Assembly (NCBI GenBank): GCA_002269645.1
Contig: NIVC01002425.1
Span: forward strand, 1-64,000
Length of the DNA: 64,000 bases
Origin: Macrostomum lignano
Taxonomy: Eukaryota
Direction: 5' to 3'
Notes under the pieces: generated by a model
Seen by the model: the letters and a program-made list of their open reading frames with translations, nothing else
Databases searched by the model: none
What the model was told of the DNA's origin: nothing
Position numbers and translations under genes: made by a program
In this document: positions 1-11,900 of the stretch, piece by piece
Position numbering within the stretch: the stretch's first letter is position 1
Layout of the letters: every line of letters starts with the position of its first letter

Positions 1-1277
1 AGCCAATTACTGAAGACCGAAGGGTTCAGACGAGGAATCGATCCCGCGGTCTGTGACTCTGACTGAGTGACTCTGACTTGATTTCATATGCACCTGGCAT
101 GCTAGCTCTCGCGTACAGTTTTATCGAAATCAAAAGCGAACGATAAAAAGTTCTCGCACTATTGCAGTATAACAATTGAAGCAAAGTCTGCAATTGCCAA
201 CCATTGGCGCAACCAGAGGGGGTCGCCCACCCTTAGGCGGAGACCAGAGAAAAGGCAAAGAGGGACCAAGCGAATTTTCACCGAAATGCTGAGCCACCCC
301 TCCACCCCATCCACCAAAATCCCCGACCCCACGACAAATTTCTGGTTGCGGCTGCGCTTTCTGCAACTGCCGTATCTTTTATTCTCAGGCACCAGAAGTA
401 TTGAAATTTAATAATGGGCTTATTTTCACCGAATAACATTGCAAATATATTATTTAATCAATAATCAGTTGTTAACTAGCTGAGATATACTATATAATAA
501 CTCAGACCCACAATGCAGCTGCAATTAACCGAACGTTTCGGTGAACGGACGTTTCGGTTAATAGTATTTCATAAAACTGCATATTTTCAGTAAAAAGAAT
601 TGAGTTTTAGTTAAAATTAAGAAATAAACGAAATAAAAAATATAGAAAAAAATGGATAAAATCGTCCACAGCTACGACTACGAGCATCCAGTTAAGAGGA
701 TTTCGTATTTTGATAGTGGTTCATCTTGAAATTTTGCATAATAAATAAACAATAGTAAAGTTTAAAAAAAGCATACTTTAATAATTATATACTTATAAGT
801 GTAAAAAGTCATAAGAGCCTAAAATGTTTTTGTTTTAACTTTTGCTGTCATAACAATGTAATAGCGTTGTTTTTATTTTGCGCATTCTATTTGCTGAATT
901 CCTTGAACCATCGTACTTACTTCTCACGTTCATCAGTTAACTGTAGTAGATCTCTACAGTATTCAAAAAATTAATTAAAGGTGATCACTTAACATGGCGT
1001 TACCGTCTAAAATTAAATTATTTTTTAATTCACTTTCACTTTAGATATCGTTTTACTGTATGACTGAGCATCTATGCATGTATACCGTACCCACCGGCCG
1101 GCCCCTGGCTGGTTGTCGAGTAACACTAGCAGCTACAATGCAATTGTTGCATGTAAATTTCAATGATATTTTGAATGACAATCTAATTTCGAGCACTTCT
1201 TAATAATTTTTCAATTTATCAGCCCAAGGTTTCTATCGTACCACATCATATAGCTTTAACAGAAAACATGTATAAAT

Positions 1278-1607
1278 CACAGGCGTCGCCCCTGGGGGGG
1301 GGGGAACAGGGGTGACATGTCCCCCCCCCCCAGTAAAAGCTATGGGGGGCATGCCAATGCTTTGTCCCCCCATCCCACCTTGTGACTCGTGGTAATCAAT
1401 AATTTTTCTTCAGGGCGCCAAAATATAGCGCCTTAGGCGCCAAAATGAGTGCCTAAGGCGCTAAAAGGAATGCCTACGGCGCCAAAATGAGTGCCGACAA
1501 CACGATTCTCAATATAATGGAAATATAGGAATTTAGTCATGTACATGTACATGTTGACTTCTTGGTTTTGTCCTCCCCCCACCATAAAATCCATTGCGAC
1601 GCCACTG
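1278..1607 (+). mobile_element. hAT-type MITE, older copy of the family at 33664-34112
   Basis: Ends CACAGGCGTCGCC...TGCGACGCCACTG (degenerate TIR); colinear with 33664-34112 (GGGGACATGTCCCCC, CAGTAAAAG, GGCGC-AAAATG repeats, CCACCATAAAATCCAT); no clean TSD. Confidence 0.75.
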
Positions 1608-2307
1608 ATAAACATATATTTATTTGTTTATTTAAACAATATATACATATCTAAAAAAGTATCGAATTACTGGTAAAACAATTTTTATAGTATTACAAAG
1701 CTTAGTATGTGCATTTGAGCGCAAGATCAGCTTTTTATACATGGATCAGCTAATGTGGAAATGATATTAGTTAGTAAACTCGACAAATTTTAATGTAGTA
1801 TCATGTACCTAATTGAAACCATCATCTCACATTATTACTTTACTCATTTATTAGCCTACCAGCTTCTGTTTTTTGATTTAAAAAAATTACTGCTTAAGAG
1901 ATATCATCAAACTAAGACAAATGCTACATTCTGGTGCAAAATTTAGCTAGTTAATTGAAAGGCTGGTTAAGTTTCAATTTTATCTCCAAGTAGTCAAAAC
2001 AACACAGGAAATAATTTGAGTGGTTCTATAAAATTAACTTTGCTAGCTTTCTGAGATTTTTCTGAGCTATTTTAATGTAGGGTTTAGATTTTAAAAACAG
2101 GGCCTAAGAAAGTGACAATAGATTTCCAATTGCAGTAGTAATATATTATATGTAACTAAAAACAACAACCTAATAAAGCTATTCAAAGCTATTGTTGTTC
2201 AAAAACTTTACATGTATAGCTTTAAATGACCATAACAGTTCGTGTTGGACTGTGGGGAGCCAAATTCATTTTGATTACTTTCAACAAAACTTTGCATGCA
2301 ATCAAGC

Positions 2308-2826
2308 ATGAGTGACAGTTATCGAGTCCCTAACTTAGCCAGCCGCTACAAGCAGCAGTTCATGGCGCCGCCGCTGCACGAGATTGGCAGCATGTGGATG
2401 CCGCGCAATGGTCACGTGAACACGCAGCACTCCAGCGGGGTGGACTACTGCCAGGCCGGCTGGCGCAAGTGGAACTCCTGCCAGCAGTGGAACACGCACT
2501 GGGACATGCACGCTCGCAGCGCCGCGGCAGTCGAGCCGGACTGGTACCGCCGCAGGCTGGATTACACCCGGCAGGCCGACCAGAAGTTCCTCAACTGGCA
2601 GTACGATCGCTACTCGAAGCCCAGCCAGCGCCGCGCATTCGGCGAAGAGGTGTTCCCGTTGAAGCCGGAGAACACCGGAGTAAATGACGTCACCAGAAAG
2701 CCTGGCGCGATCAAAGGCGACATACCGCCGGTCCGCTACGGCCTCTGCCATCCCGATCACTACGAGGAGCCCAATCGGGCGCAGACTCTGCCGCCGATTC
2801 ACGATCCCTACCATGTGGGGAACTGA
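2308..2826 (+). CDS. Intronless orphan protein, 172 aa (alternative ATG at 2296), Trp/Tyr/Arg-rich
   Basis: GC-rich, GC3-biased ORF set in AT-rich flanks; no recognisable domain. Confidence 0.7.
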   Translation: MSDSYRVPNLASRYKQQFMAPPLHEIGSMWMPRNGHVNTQHSSGVDYCQAGWRKWNSCQQWNTHWDMHARSAAAVEPDWYRRRLDYTRQADQKFLNWQYDRYSKPSQRRAFGEEVFPLKPENTGVNDVTRKPGAIKGDIPPVRYGLCHPDHYEEPNRAQTLPPIHDPYHVGN

Positions 2827-3236
2827 GCTAGTGCGATTAACCTATGCTTACCGAGCCTTAATATGCGCTGAAAAACACTTCTTCATCAAGTACTGTAACA
2901 GCGATGTACAAAAGTGCAGCCCTGATTATTATATATATGATCTAGAATTATTGTCAAGAAAGAGGACATTTCTCTTTATAGATCTCTCTTTTTGGATTTC
3001 TTTGCCAACTGGGAAAAATAATATTGTTCAAATCTGTCCAAATTATGCGAGCTGAGTTCCTAGTTGATGTAAAATATAATAAATAACACCGATTTATAAG
3101 TCTTATTTTTCGAAAGGCAATTTAACACGAATTTATTTATTTTATGATTTTTATTACAGCGAAAAAATGAATTTAAATGCATGTGAATCAGTTTAGAGCG
3201 AACAGAATTTGTTCAATTTGTTAGTGCAATTCAAAA

Positions 3237-4019
3237 GTGCTGGCGCCCCTTGGTGCTGGCGCCCCTTGGTGCTGGCGCCCCTTGGTGCTGGCGCCCCTTG
3301 GTGCTGGCGCCCCTTGGTGCTGGCGCCCCTTGGTGCTGGCGCCCCTTGGTGCTGGCGCCCCTTGGTGCTGGCGCCCCTTGGTGCTGGCGCCCCTTGGTGC
3401 TGGCGCCCCTTGGTGCTGGCGCCCCTTGGTGCTGGCGCCCCTTGGTGCTGGCGCCCCTTGGTGCTGGCGCCCCTTGGTGCTGGCGCCCCTTGGTGCTGGC
3501 GCCCCTTGGTGCTGGCGCCCCTTGGTGCTGGCGCCCCTTGGTGCTGGCGCCCCTTGGTGCTGGCGCCCCTTGGTGCTGGCGCCCCTTGGTGCTGGCGCCC
3601 CTTGGTGCTGGCGCCCCTTGGTGCTGGCGCCCCTTGGTGCTGGCGCCCCTTGGTGCTGGCGCCCCTTGGTGCTGGCGCCCCTTGGTGCTGGCGCCCCTTG
3701 GTGCTGGCGCCCTTGGTGCTGGCGCCCCTTGGTGCTGGCGCCCCTTGGTGCTGGCGCCCCTTGGTGCTGGCGCCCCTTGGTGCTGGCGCCCCTTGGTGCT
3801 GGCGCCCCTTGGTGCTGGCGCCCCTTGGTGCTGGCGCCCCTTGGTGCTGGCGCCCCTTGGTGCTGGCGCCCCTTGGTGCTGGCGCCCCTTGGTGCTGGCG
3901 CCCCTTGGTGCTGGCGCCCCTTGGTGCTGGCGCCCCTTGGTGCTGGCGCCCCTTGGTGCTGGCGCCCCTTGGTGCTGGCGCCCCTTGGTGCTGGCGCCCC
4001 TTGGTGCTGGCGCCCCTTG
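3237..4019. repeat. Minisatellite, 16-bp unit TGGTGCTGGCGCCCCT, about 49 copies
   Basis: Near-perfect array; one unit with a 1-bp deletion near 3710. Confidence 0.98.
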
Positions 4020-4222
4020 CGAATAACTTACAATGCGACATTAGGTCAGGGTCAGGGTTTAAGTTAGGGTTATGAAGGGTTAGGAAGTGACCAGACGTTT
4101 CCATGAAGTGCCCCATCTAGCTTTTTATGAGTAGCATTTGTGTTCAGATACTTTTTTAATGTGGAATTCCAACAGTTTAAATTCGACCAAACCGCATTCC
4201 AGAGCCAAGTCTCCAAGGCGCC

Positions 4223-6634
4223 ATGCCCACCGAGCTGCTGCTAGTCTTCAAGCGCACCTGGTTTCGCTTCGTCAACCCGGCCAGTTTAAACCGATTCAGC
4301 GCCAAATGCTACATCCTCGCTTGCGCCTGTATCTGGTCCTTTGGCGTCTTCCTCATTGGCCCCATCAACATCCAGCGGCAGGGCTGGGGCTGGTGGGCCA
4401 CCGCCTTCAATGCCGCGTTTCCCACAGTCTGCCTGGCCCAGATGATGCTCAACTGGCTGCTGATTCGAACTCAACAAAGGCGATTTGTTGGCGAGCCGCT
4501 GCAAATGCAGGGCGACTTCGTGCTCAACCCGAACGATCCGGAGAAAGTGCATTTTCGGAAGACCAAGGTGCGACCTGGGGGCGTCTCAATGTCCTTCTCT
4601 CCCTGTCCTCTCCCTGTCCTCTCCCTGTCCTTTTCCTGTCCTCTCCCTGTCCTCTCCCTGTCCTCTCCCTGTCCTCTCCCTGTCCTCTCTTGTCCTCTAC
4701 CTGTCCTCTCCCTGTCCTCTACCTGTCTTCTCCCTGTCCTCTACCTGTCCTCTCCCTGTCCTCTCCCTGTCCTCTCCGTGTCCTCTCCCTGTCCTCTCCC
4801 TGTCCTCTCCCTGTCCTCTCCCTGTCCTCTACCTGTCCTCTCCGTGTCCTCTCCCTGTCCTCTCCCTGTCCTCTCCCTGTCCTCTCCCTGTCCTCTCCCT
4901 GTGCTCTCCCTGTCCTCTACCTGTCCTCTCCCTGTCCTCTCCCTGTCCTCTCCCTGTCCTTCTCTCCCTGTCCTTCTCTCTTTGTCCGTCTCTCGGTCTT
5001 GTCTCTCCCATTGTGTATTCATTTGTTTATCTTTTATATGTCTTCAGTCTCTCCCAATCTTCATCAGTCGCTGCATCACATTCTACGAAACACAAATGCA
5101 GGACAATCAGCAAGCGAGCAAAAAGGCTGGTAGCAGCATTGTCCCGGAGCTGTACAATGCCTACAATGCCAGCCAGCCAATACCGATGCCTCAGAACAAT
5201 CCTAAGTTCAAGCGTACCATAGCTGAGGACCATAAATATTCCTACCTGTCGTATAAGCCCTGCTTCAGCTGCCGGCATTGGAGGCCGCCTAGGACGCACC
5301 ACTGTCCCCTGTGCGACATATGCGTTTTCAAGCGAGACCATCACTGCTTCTTCTCTGGGACCTGCATTGGAGAAGGAAATGAGCGGTGAGTTTCCTTATG
5401 TGCCTAAACATGTGAATCTAGGGTGTGAACAGGCGAGAATCTAGTGTGTGAACAAGTGAGAATCTAGTGTGTGAACAGGTGAGAATCTAGTGTGTGAACA
5501 GGTGAGAATCTAGTGTGTGAACAGATGAGAATCTAGTGTGTGAACAGGTGAGAATCTAGTGCCTGAACAGGTGAGAATCTAGTGCCTGAACAGGTGAGAA
5601 TCCAGTGCCTGAACAGGTGAGAATCTAGTGCCTGAACAGGTGAGAATCTAGTGCCTGAACAGGTGAGAATCCAGTGCCCGAGCAGGTGAGAATCTAGTGT
5701 GTGAACAGGTGGAATCCAGTGTCTGAACAGGTGAGAATCTAGTGTGTGAACAGGTGGAATCCAGTGCCTGAACAGGTGAGAATCTAGTGTGTGAACAGGT
5801 GGAATCCAGTGTCTGAACAGGTGAGAATCTAGTGTGTGAACAGGTGAGAATCCATGCAGTGCCTGAACAGGTGAGAATCCAGTGCCTGAACAGGTGAGAA
5901 TCTAGTGTGTGAACAGGTGAGAATCCAGTGCCCGAACAGGTGAGAATCTAGTGTGTGAACAGGTGAGAATCCATGCAGTGCCTGAACAGGTGAGAATCCA
6001 GTGCCTGAACAGGTGAGAATCCAGTGCCTGAACAGGTGAGAATCCAGTGCCTGAACAGGTGAGAATCCAGTGCCTGAACAGGTGATAATCTAGTGCCCGA
6101 ACCTACTACTGCCCCCCCTCTCCCTCCAGCTTCTTCCTAGTCTTCCTATTCTACGCAGTGCTGGCAGCAACCTACGCATCTGTGCACTGCATTCTCTACA
6201 TGGTGACAAACTTCGTGCCCCGACTTGGCCTGGCTGCCACCCTCCTTCCCGTGACCATCGCGCAAGCGTTCACAGGATCAGCCAGCTGGCAGGACTGCAT
6301 CCTGGTGTTCACCGGCTACTGTCTGGGATTTTTCGAGCCTCTACTATTGGGATTTTTGATGGAGCACGCCGAGCTGATTAGTCGAGGCGGCCTGCTGTCT
6401 CTTGAGGTGAAAGAGAAGCTCCCCATCAAATCCTCGTTGAAACCAGCGGAGGCGTTGTGTCGAGTCTTCGGCGAACGCTGGTGGCTGAACCTCCTGCTGC
6501 CAGTGCACTGGATTTATCCCACACCGTCTGAGGACCCAAACTGGCCGCACCTGCGACTGTGGAAGGACGTGAAGGTCACCCTGATGCCAGTGAACTATGC
6601 GGATCTGAGCCAGCGGATCCGGCTGGCTGCTTAG
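4223..6634 (+). CDS. DHHC palmitoyltransferase (ZDHHC22/24-like), exons 4223-4567, 5048 (or 5102)-5385, 6130-6634; about 395 aa
   Basis: CFSCRHWRPPRTHHCPLCDICVFKRDHHCFFSGTCIGEGNER|FFLVFLFY is the DHHC-CRD; exon phases match (CG|GTGAGT...CCTCCAG|C); AATAAA at 6683. Confidence 0.93.
4590..4975. repeat. 11-bp pyrimidine-rich minisatellite (CTCTCCCTGTC)n in DHHC intron 1
   Basis: Direct reading. Confidence 0.95.
5420..6100. repeat. About 23-bp minisatellite (AACAGGTGAGAATCTAGTGTGTG)n in DHHC intron 2
   Basis: Direct reading, roughly 29 variant units. Confidence 0.95.
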
Positions 6635-6707
6635 AGACCGACTGTGTATCTGACGCTGCAGAGAGTACAGTTAGAAAAATCCAATAAAGCGATACATGTA
6701 AAACCGA

Positions 6708-6947
6708 CCCGCTGGGAAAAAAATTGCAGCGACGACACTTTTACGACAAGCAACGACAGGCTAGAGGCGACAGCCTTGTCGATTTACTCCTGATTTACTA
6801 AAATAAGTATGATTTGTTCAACTCAGTAGTATCGTGCAAATGCGCGCTTCCAAATCTGATTTACTGCCTGCTTTTTATCGGACTCTGTGAACTTGTCGTC
6901 AAGTTGTCGTCATCAGCCAGTCGTCGCTGCAATTTTTTCCCAGCGGG
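6708..6947. mobile_element. 240-bp MITE, CCC termini, 2-bp TSD GA (CMC/EnSpm-like)
   Basis: TIR CCCGCTGGGAAAAAAATTGCAGCGACGAC / GTCGTCGCTGCAATTTTTTCCCAGCGGG; GA on both sides. Confidence 0.8.
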
Positions 6948-7954
6948 GATGTTCTGTCTCGATAGTGAATTTTCTGAAATATTTCATAGTTGCAAAATTT
7001 AAGCAGAGTTTGCTTACTGTTAAGTAGAAAGTATAGAGTATGGCGCGTAAATATTGCATAGCCGTTAAGTTGGGTTAAGTTCTAATATAGAGATATAGGA
7101 TTTTTCTCAATCGAATTTGTCTATGGTACAACCCCATTAGCGCTACGCGTTCTCCAGAGCCAAATAAATGCACTGGCGGTTCATTTCTAAGAAATTGAGT
7201 GTTAGCGCCCTTCTGGTTCAACTGCCTATGCTTTACTTAAATTCAAACCACCGTTTTCTTGCTTTATGCATTCCCAAAAACCAAGTTAATGAAAACTACA
7301 TGTTAGTTTTTTTAATCCAGTTTTGTATCGAAATATTGTTACCTGGTTGCTTTGAAAGCAAAACTACGACTTTTTTTGACAATTTTGTCAATTTTCATTG
7401 CGAGTACAAATCTTAAACAGTGTCAAGGAAAATATCTGTTTATTGTCGTTTCCTTCAGCTTCTACTTATTGTCCTATGTTTATTGTCCCATCTCAACAGG
7501 CTCGCTTTGTTAATTGTATTTTTACTACTTGAAGTAATCTCATCTTATCTTATCTTAAATTATCTTTAGCATTATTCTTGTCAATTTCTTGCATTAAAGT
7601 GCAAAGTTGCGATTGCTGTTTTATTCAACACATCTTTGAACTTCTGTACACGTAAATTTGAGCGTGATCAGTTGTGTGACATCAGCTTACACATTTCAGA
7701 TTCTTATGCATGTATATGCACACAAAAAAGCCATTAATTCCTAGAAATCCATTCATCTAGATACATTCGTCTATAAATAAACAACTTAGCCCAATTAATT
7801 GTTGTTGCTAGTTAAGAAAGGAGAAACTGGAATGCTGGTTTGTCACAAAACTTTTTTGGGGTTATTTGCATCAGATTGCTAATAGAAGTATATGTTGCCA
7901 GTTTACAGCCAATCAGAAATGGGCACTGAAACGGACAATAACAGAAAAGTAGTG

Positions 7955-8310
7955 AGCTGGAACCCCCACCCAATCAGAAGCAAGTGTCGTGAACTAAAGA
8001 GGGACAGAAAATGGGGTGGGGAACTCCCAACCAATTAGAAACGGCTTTGAGAAATAGATAAGGATAGAAAATGGGGTGGGGGAACCCCCAACCAATTAGA
8101 AACGGCTTTGAGAAATAGAGATGGACAGAAAATGGGGTGGCTGAACTCCCAGCCAATTAGAAACGGCTTTGAGAAATAGATAAGGATAGAAAATGGGGTG
8201 GGGAACCCCCAACCAATTAGAAACGGCTTTGAGAAATAGAGAAAGACAGAAAATGGGTTGGGTGAACTCCCAGCCAATAAGATTTTGGGTGTATAGAAAG
8301 AGAGAGGAAC
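7955..8310. repeat. About 60-bp tandem repeat, 4-5 copies, each with a CCAAT box
   Basis: CCAATTAGAAACGGCTTTGAGAAATAGA...AAAATGGGGTGG recurs with about 60-bp period. Confidence 0.9.
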
Positions 8311-8919
8311 AAAAATGGGTCGGATATTACGAGTATTTTACTAGCCAATAAGAATCGAGAAAAACATTGAAAACATTATACTTAACGAAGAAACATACGA
8401 GTATTCTGGATAGAGAAACATGCACCCTTTTTATGCTTCTTTAGTTAAGTGAATCAGATTACCTTATTCAATGTTGGAATGAAGACCAATATAGAATAAA
8501 AAAATGACAATAGCTCACGATGCTCATGAAATTTCAAGTGCCGATTTTCAAGTTCACAGCTGGACTGAGTTTCAATTACCTGAGAGCATGAGCGCGTGTC
8601 GTTGGTAGACTCCAAGTTGACATCAAACATTAGCTCGTACTACGTACGACAGCAAGTTTATTGCAATTTCAAAAAGCATAGATAAAATTGAAGACAAATT
8701 TGCATTCGTGACCTGACATGACCGCCTATGATCAGCATCACTGTGCCGCACAGACTCTTTGTTTACATAAAGCTTCATCTACAAATTCGCTGACTGTGAA
8801 ATGATTTTAATCTTTCAGTTTTCCATTTTGCGTTAGAAACATTTAAATAATGAGTTTCAATTCAGTTTCAATTCATTGAGCGCACAGATTTGCTTAGCAG
8901 TTTCTGCCCAGTTCAAATT

Positions 8920-11900
8920 ATGAATCATTTTCAGCACTGCATAATCCTTCTTGGCCTTCCGCTGCTTTTTTCAGTTGCAACTGGAAAATTGGCATTCGAT
9001 GGGTAAGAGGTCAATATAATCCTGATAATTGTTGAGCATGCTTGGGACTTTAACTACCACTCGTAGTTTGAGTAGTGCTTGAGAAATCATAAACCAAAAT
9101 TCCATGACAGATTTCGGCACTACCGGTTGTCGCCAATGTCAGCTCGGGCTTTGAGCAGGCTGCGATGGTTGGAGACCGAATTCCCGGCTGAGCCTGACCC
9201 GCTGGTAGTCCTTGACACTTGGCTGACTGTCCTAGTGCCTGTCCTACTGCTTGTCTCAGTGCCTGTCCTACTGCTTGTCTCAGTGCCTGTCCTACTGCTT
9301 GTCTCAGTGCCTGTCTCAGTGCCTGTCCTACTGCTTGTCTCAGTGCCTGTCTCAGTGCCTGTCCTACTGCTTGTCTCAGTGCCTGTCCTACTGCTTGTCT
9401 CAGTGCCTGTCCTACTGCTTGTCTCAGTGCCTGTCTTACTGCTTGTCTCAGTGCCTGTCCTACTGCCTGTCTTACTGCCTGTCTCAGTTCCTGTCTCAGT
9501 TCCTGTCTCAGTGCCTGTCCTACTGCTTGTCTCAGTGCCTGTCCTACTGCCTATCTCAGTGCCTGTCTCAGTGCCTGTCTCAGTGCCTGTCCTAGTGCCT
9601 ATCTCAGTGCCTGTCCTACTGCTTGTCTCAGTGCCTGTCCTACTGCTTGTCTCAGTGCCTGTCTCAGTGCCTGTCTCAGTGCCTGTCTCAGTGCCTATCT
9701 CAGTGCCTGTCTCAGTGCCTGTCTCAGTGCCTGTCCTAGTGCCTATCTCAGTGCCTGTCTCAGTGCCTGTCCTACTGCCTATCTCAGTGCCTATCTCAGT
9801 GCCTGTCTCAGTGCCTGTCCTACTGCCTATCTCAGTGCCTGTCTCAGTGCCTGTCTCAGTGCCTGTCCTAGTGCCTATCTCAGTGCCTGTCCTACTGCTT
9901 GTCTCAGTGCCTGTCTTACTGCCTGTCTCAGTGCCCGTCTCAGTGCCTGTCCTACTGCTTGTCTCAGTGCCTGTCCTACTGCTTGTCTCAGTGCCTGTCT
10001 CAGTGCCTGTCTCAGTGCCTGTCTCAGTGCCTGTCTCAGTGCCTGTCCTAGTGCCTATCTCAGTGCCTGTCCTACTGCTTGTCGCAGTGCCTGTCCTACT
10101 GCTTGTCTCAGTGCCTGTCTTACTGCTTGTCTCAGTGCCTGTCCTACTGCCTGTCTTACTGCCTGTCTCAGTTCCTGTCTCAGTTCCTGTCTCAGTGCCT
10201 GTCCTACTGCTTGTCTCAGTGCCTGTCCTACTGCCTATCTCAGTGCCTGTCTCAGTGCCTGTCTCAGTGCCTGTCCTAGTGCCTATCTCAGTGCCTGTCC
10301 TACTGCTTGTCTCAGTGCCTGTCCTACTGCTTGTCTCAGTGCCTGTCTCAGTGCCTGTCTCAGTGCCTGTCTCAGTGCCTATCTCAGTGCCTGTCTCAGT
10401 GCCTGTCTTAGTGCCTGTCTCAGTGCCTGTCCTACTGCTTGTCTCAGTGCCTGTCCTACTGCTTGTCTCAGTGCCTGTCCTAGTGCCTGTCTCAGTGCCT
10501 GTCTCAGTGCCTGTCTCAGTGCCTGTTTCAGTGCCTGTCCTAGTGCCTGTCCTAGTGCCTATCCTAGTGCCTGTCTCAGTGCCTGTCTCAGTGCCTGTCC
10601 TAGTGCCTGTCTCAGTTCCTGTCCTAGTGCCTGTCTCAGTGCCTGTCTTAGTGCCTGTCTCAGTGCCTGTCTCAGTGCCTGTCTCAGTGCCTGTCCTAGT
10701 GCCTGTCTCAGTGCCTGTTTCAGTGCCTGTTTCAGTGCCTATCCTAGTGCCTGTCCTAGTGCCTGTCCTAGTGCCTGTCACAGTGCCTGTCACAGTGCCT
10801 GTCACAGTGCCTGTCTCAGTGCCGTTCTCAGTGCCTGTTTCAGTGCCTGTCCAAGTGCGTGTAACTCTTATTATCCGCCAGTCTGTCAAACTCGCGCCTC
10901 CCTCCGCCCAACCCGCAGTCCGGCCTGATGTTTCTGACCCGACCAGGTCGGAAATTCACCAGCGTCGATGTGCTCGTGCCGCCAGGCCTGAACGCGGCGT
11001 TCCTAAACCTGGTCCAGGCCACTAGCGCGATGCGGATGCAACTCATTCACAAGGACTATGGAAGGTTGTCGTATAGTTGGAAAATTGTAGCTTTTGTTTA
11101 ATTTGAAGCCGTTATTTTATTACATTCTCCGCATCGCCATGCTCCATCAATGCATGCAGGCAGCTGGCCCTGTTCAATCAAGAGAACGCTCGAGCGCATC
11201 AACAAAACAGCGAAGCACTGAAGAGGCGCAGGCGTGAGGCTGATGAAGGAAGAGTGACTGGTCGGATGCAGATGAATCACAACTTCTATCGCAGCTATGC
11301 TGAGGTGAGTCATTTGTTATAATTTGGTTCAGTGTCTTAGTCTTAGTGTCTGCATCAGTGTCTTAGTGTCTTCCTCGTTATCTTAGTGTCTGCATCAGTG
11401 TCTTAGTGTCTTCCTCGTTATCTTAGTGTCTGCATCAGTGTCTTAGTGTCTTCCTCGTTATCTTAGTGTCTGCCGCAGTGTCTTAGTGTCTTCCTCGTTA
11501 TCTTAGTGTCTGCCGCAGTGTCTTAGTGTCTTCCTCGTTATCTTAGTGTCTGCCGCAGTGTCTTAGTGTCTTCCTCGTTATCTTAGTGTCTGCCGCAGTG
11601 TCTTAGTGTCTTCCTCGTTATCTTAGTGTCTGCCGCAGTGTCTTAGTGTCTTCCTCGTTATCTTAGTGTCTGCCGCAGTGTCTTAGTGTCTTCCTTGTTA
11701 TCTTAGTGTCTGCCGCAGTGTCTTAGTGTCTTCCTCGTTATCTTAGTGTCTGCCGCAGTGTCTTAGTGTCTTCCTCGTTATCTTAGTGTCTGCCGCAGTG
11801 TCTTAGTGTCTTCCTCGTTATCTTAGTGTCTGCATCAGTGTCTTAGTGTCTTCCTCGTTATCTTAGTGTCTGCCGCAGTGTCTTAGTGTCTTCCTCGTTA

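Noticed and set aside
202-354. Possible degenerate hAT MITE (CATTGGCGCAACCAG / CTGGTTGCGGCTG)
   Set aside because: Short imperfect TIR and no TSD
3193-4116. ORFs of 258-307 aa in several frames
   Set aside because: Translations of the 16-bp array; no synonymous variation
9079-11025. 648-, 589- and 569-aa ORFs (VPVS, TGTE, SACL repeats)
   Set aside because: They span carboxypeptidase intron 2 and are open only because the 12-bp unit lacks stops
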